DNA of 24,707 nucleotides from Thermoplasmata archaeon (GTDB lineage Archaea; Thermoplasmatota; Thermoplasmata; GCA-020350865): NCBI GenBank assembly GCA_020348445.1, contig CP070751.1:4192279-4216985 (forward strand), read 5' to 3'. Of this stretch, positions 18,937 to 24,707 are shown piece by piece. The position numbers were made by a program, and so were the translations under genes. The stretch's first letter is position 1. Each line of letters begins with the position of its first letter. Under the pieces are notes generated by a model. It was not told the DNA's origin and made no database searches. It saw nothing but the letters and a program-made list of their open reading frames with translations.

Positions 18937-21032
18937 TTCAGTACCCTCTCTAGGATTTCCTTTTCTTTGGTTTTCAAATACATAGTGTAGCTCCCGTACT
19001 TATCGCAAATCACATTGTATTCAGGGGAGACAAAAGTAGTTGTGTTCACCTGCTCTATTATGGCCGGGCCTGCGATTTTGTTTCCGCATTTGAGTTTGAA
19101 TCCATCGTAGACATCCAGTTCCTGGAAATCTTTTTTATTGGGAAGATATACATTCCTTCTACCCTTTACGGCATCTGATGCATCCTCGCTCTTGTTTTCC
19201 TCCTCAATGAATTTAGGTTTGTCTGTTTTTCCTATCAAAGTGAGCCTCATGTTGATGAGCTCAATTGGTGTTCCCTCATCCTCTAAGGAGTACCCGTATA
19301 ATCTATTATGTTCAGGATGGAATTTCTTGGTAATAGAATCAAGGTCTACATTATCTACTTCGTCTTTTGTGATTACCACATTTACTTCATGGTACTGTTT
19401 TACGTATCTCATATCTAAAGAATACAGGGCTTCGATTCTATCTTTTGGTATGTTCTCTGATTCTAGTAGTTTGTTTCCATTTTCTTCCATATCTTGAAAA
19501 TGGGATTTGAAGGTCTTGGATTCGACATTATCAAAGGAAACTGCATAGGTTCTAACAAAATCATGCTTTAGATCTGACATCAGCATGCCAGCTGCACAGA
19601 AAATCGAGCTTTCCTTGGGAATGATCATGGCTGGGATCTCCAGTTCTAAGGCGATCATGCACGCATGAACCGGTCCTGCGCCTCCTGCCACAACCAATGG
19701 GAATTCCCTTGGGTCATATCCGCGCTTAACTGAAACTTCTCTGACCCCCGAAGCCATGTTTACGTTGATTACCTGATACATTCCAGCTGCTGCCTCAACT
19801 AGATTAAGATTGAGTTTGTCTGCGATTTGGGTTTTAATTGCCTCCTTGGCTTTGTCGTAATTAAGGCGTATCTTGCCTCCTGCAAAGAAGTCCGGGTCCA
19901 GGTAGCCGAGAATCAAATCAGCGTCAGTTGCAGTGGGCTTTTCTCCACCAAGATCATAGCATGCAGGCCCGGGTTTTGCTCCTGCACTCTGGGGGCCCAT
20001 GCGCAGAAGTCCGCCTTCATCGATCCAGCCTATGCTCCCTCCTCCTGCTCCGATTGTGACTATTCCCAGCATTGGAAGGGCAAGTCTCAGTCTGTTGATT
20101 TCTCCTTCTGTGGTGACCAGTGGAGTCTTATCCTTGATTAAGGCTGCATCAAAGCTCGTTCCTCCCATGTCCACTGTGATGCAGTCGTTGTATCCCTGTA
20201 TGGAGGTGTAGGCGATTCCTGCTACAGGACCTCCTGCGGGCCCAGAAAGAAGAGTTGCAGCTGCTGTATTTGTTGCAATCTCAGGGGATATGACACCACC
20301 ATTGGACTGCATGATAAGAAGAACACCTGAAAATCCGATGTCCTTGAGCTTTTTTGTAAGTGAGGAGAGGTAACCTCTTAAAATAGGTCCAACATAAGAA
20401 TTGAGAACTGTGGTGCTTATCCTGTCATAGAATCTGATGGAAGGTAATAACTCGCTTGATACTGTGAGGTACGCATCTGGTAAATGCGTTTTTACAAATT
20501 CTTTGGCCTTACTTTCATGATCCTTGTTAGCAAATGAATTCATGAAGCATACTGCCATTGCCTCGATGTTCTCGTTTTTGAATTTTTCAAGGCTTTCTTG
20601 AATATCACTTTCTTTGAGAGGTACCACAACTTCCCCCTTGTAATCAAGACGCTCCTCAATTGGCACGCGTAGGTATCTTGGAACAAGGGGTTTTACATTG
20701 GTATATCTATTGTTGTACTGTTCTTCCCGAATTCCCCTTCGCATCTCCAGGGCGTCTCTTAGGCCTTTTGTTGTTAGGAGTCCGGTTTTGGCTCCGTTGT
20801 AGGTGAGCACAGCATTGGTTGTGACCGTGGTCCCGTGGACAATGGTTTCTACTTCCTTGATAAATTCTGAAATCGAAACTCCCTTGGATTTGGCCATCTC
20901 AGAAAGGCCGTTTAGGACCCCAATTGAGGGATCATCTGGGGTGGAGAGCACCTTGTATATCTCTGATGTTCCATCATCTTTTGTTAAAAGGAAGTCAGTG
21001 AACGTACCTCCGACATCGATTCCGATTTTTAT
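18933..21032 (-). CDS. Hydantoinase A / oxoprolinase family protein, apparent ATA start
   Basis: HGTTVTTNA, LLSGPAGG, DMGGTSFD, GAGGGSI, GPQSAGAKPGPACY, GGAGPVH. The frame extends 27 codons upstream of the track start (GTG 20951) to IKIGIDVGGTFTD; the ATA at 21032 has GGGGG upstream. Confidence 0.92.
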   Translation of the reverse strand: MKIGIDVGGTFTDFLLTKDDGTSEIYKVLSTPDDPSIGVLNGLSEMAKSKGVSISEFIKEVETIVHGTTVTTNAVLTYNGAKTGLLTTKGLRDALEMRRGIREEQYNNRYTNVKPLVPRYLRVPIEERLDYKGEVVVPLKESDIQESLEKFKNENIEAMAVCFMNSFANKDHESKAKEFVKTHLPDAYLTVSSELLPSIRFYDRISTTVLNSYVGPILRGYLSSLTKKLKDIGFSGVLLIMQSNGGVISPEIATNTAAATLLSGPAGGPVAGIAYTSIQGYNDCITVDMGGTSFDAALIKDKTPLVTTEGEINRLRLALPMLGIVTIGAGGGSIGWIDEGGLLRMGPQSAGAKPGPACYDLGGEKPTATDADLILGYLDPDFFAGGKIRLNYDKAKEAIKTQIADKLNLNLVEAAAGMYQVINVNMASGVREVSVKRGYDPREFPLVVAGGAGPVHACMIALELEIPAMIIPKESSIFCAAGMLMSDLKHDFVRTYAVSFDNVESKTFKSHFQDMEENGNKLLESENIPKDRIEALYSLDMRYVKQYHEVNVVITKDEVDNVDLDSITKKFHPEHNRLYGYSLEDEGTPIELINMRLTLIGKTDKPKFIEEENKSEDASDAVKGRRNVYLPNKKDFQELDVYDGFKLKCGNKIAGPAIIEQVNTTTFVSPEYNVICDKYGSYTMYLKTKEKEILERVLK

Positions 21033-21269
21033 TTGAAATCCCCCTATCGATAAACGGTATGGGAAAGTCCTTGATGATATTTGTAATTAACTCTAAAGAA
21101 TACTGGTAAAAGGTTTCACTGACCTCCCCTATCAAGTCTTATATCCTCAAAATGATATAAACGTATTAAGTGATTGAAAATGTATGAAACGAACAAAGAG
21201 GTCCAAAAGGTTGAAATTTTAGTAGGAACATTAATATAGTAAGATTATCTTACTTATAATTGTGGTACA

Positions 21270-21530
21270 ATGGGTGAAGTAATGATAACAAGATTATCTT
21301 CAAAGGGGCAGATAGTGTTACCAAAGGCTTTAAGGGAAACGCTCGGAATCAAATCAGGGGAAATCTTTGCCATGTTTGGCGAAGACGATACAATAGTATT
21401 GAAAAGAATAGAATTACCTTCAGAAAAAGAGTTTGAGAAACTGTTAAAATGGGGACAGAAATACGCGAAAAAATACAAGATATCTAAGAAAGATGTTTTG
21501 AAAGCGATTGAAGAAACAAGAAGGGATTGA
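21270..21530 (+). CDS. AbrB/MazE/SpoVT-family DNA-binding protein (orphan antitoxin-like)
   Basis: TRLSSKGQIVLPKALRETLGIKSGE swapped-hairpin motif; no toxin ORF follows before the next promoter. Confidence 0.88.
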   Translation: MGEVMITRLSSKGQIVLPKALRETLGIKSGEIFAMFGEDDTIVLKRIELPSEKEFEKLLKWGQKYAKKYKISKKDVLKAIEETRRD

Positions 21531-21591
21531 AATTAATGGATCATTATGAATAAGTAAACAACTTTTGTATCGACATTATAATCGTAAGTTA

Positions 21592-21612
21592 TTTATATAT
21601 CGATTGATATAT
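21592..21612 (+). promoter_or_regulatory. TATA box overlapped by an inverted-repeat operator upstream of vapBC
   Basis: TTTATATA at 21592-21599; ATATATC-gatt-GATATAT at 21595-21612; GGTGA RBS before TTG 21630. Confidence 0.5.
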
Positions 21613-21629
21613 TGTAATACGGTGATTAT

Positions 21630-21842
21630 TTGGAAACAGTTTCAGTCTCGACTAAATTTCAGGTCGTTATTCCGAAGGCAATAAGAAATTCACTGGCACT
21701 CAAACCGGGAGAAAAGATGGTCATGTATGAAAAAGATGGTATGATTCATTTAGTGAGGATTCAGAAGATTTCAAAACTCAAAGGAAAGTATAAAAAATTA
21801 ACAACAGAGGGATTAAGAGATGAAGGAGAAAGGTTCGCGTAA
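21630..21842 (+). CDS. vapB: AbrB/MazE-type antitoxin
   Basis: VSVSTKFQVVIPKAIRNSLALKPGE motif; overlaps the PIN toxin gene. Confidence 0.88.
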   Translation: METVSVSTKFQVVIPKAIRNSLALKPGEKMVMYEKDGMIHLVRIQKISKLKGKYKKLTTEGLRDEGERFA

Positions 21843-22224
21843 TAATAAATTTGTAATCGATTCTTTTGGTTGGATAGAATATTTTGGTGGAGGAAAGCTT
21901 TTAAACAAATATACAAAATATATTGAAAATTGTTCACCTGATTCCCATTTTACTCCCTCAATAATAATTTATGAGGTTTATAAAAGAATAAGGTCTTCAT
22001 ATGAGGAAGAAGATGCAATTAATGCTATCATGCATATACAGAATTATACAACAATAATTGATCTCGATACAGATTTTGCTATCAAAGGTGCTGAAGTAAG
22101 TATCAATGAAAAGTTACCTATGGCGGATGCCTTGATTCAAGCATGTGCTGCCAAATTGGGAGCTATGATAATAACAAGCGATCCACATTTTAAAGGTATG
22201 AATAATGTAATTTTCATTAAATAA
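21820..22224 (+). CDS. vapC: PIN-domain VapC toxin
   Basis: FVIDSFGWIEY, IIYEV, LPMADALI, IITSDPHF: the acidic PIN tetrad is present. Confidence 0.92.
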   Translation: MKEKGSRNNKFVIDSFGWIEYFGGGKLLNKYTKYIENCSPDSHFTPSIIIYEVYKRIRSSYEEEDAINAIMHIQNYTTIIDLDTDFAIKGAEVSINEKLPMADALIQACAAKLGAMIITSDPHFKGMNNVIFIK

Positions 22225-22252
22225 TAAAAAATAAGAAAATAGGATGACCCTT

Positions 22253-22597
22253 TCAATAGACCATCCCATATTTGGGTGCCCAAAGAGCCTTGGGGCACTG
22301 CTTTTCAAGCTCTGGAAATTCCTTTCTTAGCAGGTATGAAGATTTTCCCTTGACCCTGCCCATTAACTTTGCTATGGCCAAAGTTGGTGGATATGCAAAT
22401 AGGAGGCGCACATGGTTTGGGTAAACACCGATTGCTATTTCAGAACATCCGTTTTCCCTTAGGATGTCGTAGATGATCTTCATGGCTCTTCTCTGGATTT
22501 CTCCTTTGAGCATGTTGCGGTTGTACTTTGTATGAAACACGATTTGTGTGTGCATTACTTTTCCACTAACATTTTTCGAATACTTTTTGGATTTCAT
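22253..22597 (-). pseudogene. tnpA: Degenerate IS200/IS605-family Y1 transposase (HUH altered, catalytic Tyr helix missing)
   Basis: IVFHTKYNR, KGKSSYLLRKEFPEL and CPKALWAP match TnpA. HUH reads NHVRL, and the ORF stops at LWAPKYGMVY without the YI..Q helix. Confidence 0.8.
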
Positions 22598-22778
22598 GGT
22601 TTGAACTTTGAGGGGATTTGGGATAATAGATTCTATGGAGTAGATGGTTTTATCTTCAAAGGCCCTCCTTGAATCTGAAAGACAAAAATAATGTGAAAAA
22701 TTGAAAGGAATGCTTTCATTTCACCCTCCCTGCAACCTTTATAATCCTGATATTTGATTATATATTGCAGTGAATCAT

Positions 22779-23183
22779 ATGTATAAGCCGAAATTGAAGA
22801 GCCAGAGGCATAGTGTTTCCTTAATAACTGAGCATCTGGTTTTTTCTCCCAAATATAGGGGAAAAGTGCTTGTTGGAGATGTAGGTAAGAGGTGCGAGGA
22901 GGTAATAACCGAAATCTGCGAGGAGATGGGAATCGAAGTTATTGAAATTGCAGCTAATGAGGATCACGTTCATATATTCTATCAACCTCCTCCCAAGTAT
23001 TCGTTCAGCCAGATCGCAAACAGAATAAAGGGTAAGAGCAGCAGAATCCTGAGGAAGGAGTTCCCGCATCTGGTTGAGTGGTGTCCTAAGGGATTATGGG
23101 CTCCATCCTGCTATCATGGGAGCGTGGGGTATGGGCCTGAGGCCGTGAAGAACTATATTGCCAGTCAGAAGCCGAAGCGTTAA
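22779..23183 (+). mobile_element. tnpA: IS200/IS605-family Y1 transposase TnpA, intact; no tnpB adjacent
   Basis: HLVFSPKYR, EDHVHIF (HUH), KGKSSRILRKEFP, LWAPSCYHGSVG, KNYIASQ (catalytic Tyr). ATG 22779; TTTATAAT at 22738-22745. Confidence 0.93.
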
Positions 23184-23332
23184 GTCACGTACCCCCGTCC
23201 TTTATATTACGGTCTGTAAGGGATTTCCTCTGCTTTAGTGGGGGAAATTCCTGACGCTCAGGCCTGGTACTTAAGGGCGGGGTTTATAGCTTATATAAGC
23301 TATATATAGCTGTATATTAGTACGTGACTTAA
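23180..23332. repeat. Nested inverted-repeat element at the tnpA 3' end (probable IS right end or structured RNA)
   Basis: Perfect 13-bp IR 23180-23192/23320-23332; 10-bp stem 23193-23202/23273-23282; hairpin 23221-23251 with TTTA loop; perfect 20-bp palindrome 23285-23304. Confidence 0.8.
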
Positions 23333-23393
23333 AGGCGACGACCGTATGTAGCGAGGCGGGAGGCACGAATAAATACAAAGAATGGAGACCACC

Positions 23394-23407
23394 GAAAAAT
23401 TATATAC
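23394..23407 (+). promoter_or_regulatory. BRE-TATA-like promoter for the downstream membrane protein
   Basis: GAAAAATTATATAC, about 80 nt upstream of GTG 23487, which has a GGAG RBS. Confidence 0.4.
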
Positions 23408-23486
23408 TATCTAAAAGTAGATCTTTGATTAGTAAACCCGGTAAGCTGATTCGAACATACAATGCTTATTTCATCTAAGTGCGGAG

Positions 23487-24326
23487 GTGCATAGAATTCC
23501 AAATCAAGAGGATTATAGAATTCGTCTAATCCGCTATTTAACAATACGAATCCTTGTGCTAATTGGGCTTTGTTTGTTGGTTGTCATCCCCTGGCATTTT
23601 TTTCTTGAGCCTCTTTGGAAAGAACCATCTATGTGGTTATATGTGCTTGGTTTCATTATAATGACCTATCTTGTCGGTCTTAGAGCGGAAAGCACTGGTA
23701 ATCTTGATACGATTGGTGGATTTTACTTGTTATTGCTAATTACTATTTCATGGAGTTGTATTATTATAGCTGGGATTATTGAGTTCTGGTTTTTGCTATG
23801 GTTTGGACTTGTTCTGTTTTTTGTAGGATTTTTAATATCTCTTATGGGCTATCGAAAACTATCAAATATAGGATTTTATTCCGAGATCCCCACCCTTTTT
23901 ATGGCCGCAACGCGTTTAAGCCATGGAGATAAAGGAAAATTTTCTGATACGCCCTACGAAGCTCGGATAGGAAAATATAGTATGGACGATATTAGAGAGT
24001 ATACAAAAATTCTTTTAAAATATGGGATTGCATTAAGAGTCAAAGAAGATGCGGATTCGATCACGATATTTATACGAAAACCCTCCAATCTGGCGCGAAC
24101 GATACTTTTACCAGGGACAACATTTTTTGGTCAATCGTGGATTAAAATGCAATCTGATGGTTACATTATAGTGTCAGTATCAAAAAATACCTATGAATTC
24201 TTGGAATTCCCAGGGCCATACGGGAATCTTTGTAAGGCTATTGCTCATATTATCAATGAATCTATAAGTCAATATATTGCAGGTGATGAACAAAAGGCTC
24301 TGAGTAAGTTAGGCGTTACTTCCTAA
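23487..24326 (+). CDS. Hypothetical membrane protein (4 N-terminal TM helices plus soluble C-terminal domain)
   Basis: 279-aa ORF, GCGGAG directly before the GTG, four hydrophobic segments in the first 125 aa; no family recognised. Confidence 0.75.
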   Translation: MHRIPNQEDYRIRLIRYLTIRILVLIGLCLLVVIPWHFFLEPLWKEPSMWLYVLGFIIMTYLVGLRAESTGNLDTIGGFYLLLLITISWSCIIIAGIIEFWFLLWFGLVLFFVGFLISLMGYRKLSNIGFYSEIPTLFMAATRLSHGDKGKFSDTPYEARIGKYSMDDIREYTKILLKYGIALRVKEDADSITIFIRKPSNLARTILLPGTTFFGQSWIKMQSDGYIIVSVSKNTYEFLEFPGPYGNLCKAIAHIINESISQYIAGDEQKALSKLGVTS

Positions 24327-24399
24327 AAAAGTTATAGAATGGATATAGATGTTCTACCCTGATCTCCAGATAAAGGTGGTCTCCAGCGTGTCGAGCATA

Positions 24400-24700
24400 A
24401 GGGGGATGGCTTCGGCGGAGACACGCAATGGTGTGGTGGAGGGTTTGGGGATAATAAGCAGAGTGCCTCCAGCCGTTATTAGCAAAAGGGAGTCGCCTTA
24501 GTTGCGCAAGCGTTGTCCCACCGACGCAAGCAACTGTGGAAGCTCTGCCCTAAGCGAGGTTACGGCCGAGGGAGGGGTTGCGACCGGCGGATTGAATTGA
24601 CGCCAAAGGGAGCAATTCGTATGTGAGGGGCCTGAGTTTGTAAACGACGCCCCGAATATCCGGACGGAGTGGCAAAACCTTTATCCCCGAAGGGAGATAA
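24400..24700. other. GC-rich non-coding segment with several predicted hairpins
   Basis: No ORF of 60 aa or more. Stems seen: TGGAGG/CCTCCA, GTTGC..GCGTTG/CGACGC..GCAAC, GAATTG/CAATTC, GGGGC/GCCCC and TTATCCCC-GAA-GGGAGATAA (24681-24700). Confidence 0.4.
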
Positions 24701-24707
24701 TGGTTTT

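Noticed and set aside
1822-21036. Numerous 60-136 aa ORFs overlapping the long genes on the opposite strand or in other frames
   Set aside because: They lie within well-supported CDSs and have no recognisable motifs; treated as shadows.
21093-21119. 8-codon upstream mini-ORF (VKPFTSIL) with GGAGGT RBS
   Set aside because: Too short to support as a gene; it may be chance or a deletion remnant. Mentioned only as context for the ATA start.
22114-22308. Minus-strand ORF as a frameshifted C-terminus of the degenerate TnpA
   Set aside because: The alternative frame (GWSIERVILFSY...) does not restore the YI..Q catalytic helix, so a programmed frameshift is not supported.
23285-23316. TATAGC-type short repeats as a CRISPR or iteron array
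   Set aside because: Only overlapping palindromes across about 30 bp; no repeat-spacer periodicity here or elsewhere in the window, and no cas genes.
23184-24326. Possible tnpB/iscB after tnpA
   Set aside because: The downstream ORF is a membrane protein with no RuvC, HNH or zinc-finger motifs.
23385-24383. Paired BsaI sites (GAGACC...GGTCTC) suggesting a synthetic drop-out cassette
   Set aside because: No vector, marker or other synthetic sequence is present; the sites are just part of the 11-bp IR.
24330-24700. Integron attC, SRP RNA or RNase P RNA call for the GC-rich tract
   Set aside because: No convincing RYYYAAC...GTTRRRY pair; the GGGAGCAA similarity to SRP helix 8 is too short; no RNase P core motif.

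Overview
Archaeal chromosomal window, most likely Thermoplasmatota. That assignment is inferred from BRE/TATA promoters, GGAGG/GGTGA RBS, ATGA/TTGA-coupled genes, a heliorhodopsin of the TaHeR type and HTH_10/AbrB/PIN genes. Left to right: (1) a minus-strand accessory block with a Panacea/SocA-like-DUF488 fusion coupled to an uncharacterised partner (truncated at the window edge and missed by the ORF track), plus a rifampin-phosphotransferase-architecture PEP-utilising enzyme coupled to a CrtC/AttH-like beta-barrel protein; (2) a uvrA-uvrC-uvrB operon followed by a frameshifted T4 endonuclease V-like pyrimidine-dimer glycosylase that ends 2 nt from a convergent heliorhodopsin gene; (3) a low-GC zinc-ribbon membrane gene between two copies of the 3' end of an ABC permease; (4) a MacB/FtsX-type ABC transporter, a Bat-type HTH regulator and a hydantoinase/oxoprolinase A/B pair whose A subunit appears to start at ATA; (5) an orphan AbrB gene, a vapBC pair and two divergent IS200-type tnpA genes (one intact, one lacking catalytic residues, no tnpB) followed by a nested palindromic element; (6) a membrane protein and a GC-rich multi-hairpin non-coding tail. 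The best candidates for undescribed biology are the heliorhodopsin/UV-repair neighbourhood, the Panacea-DUF488 two-gene module, and the dead-plus-live TnpA pair with its structured 3' element. No rRNA, tRNA or CRISPR array was seen. All family assignments are from motif recognition by eye; no database search was run.
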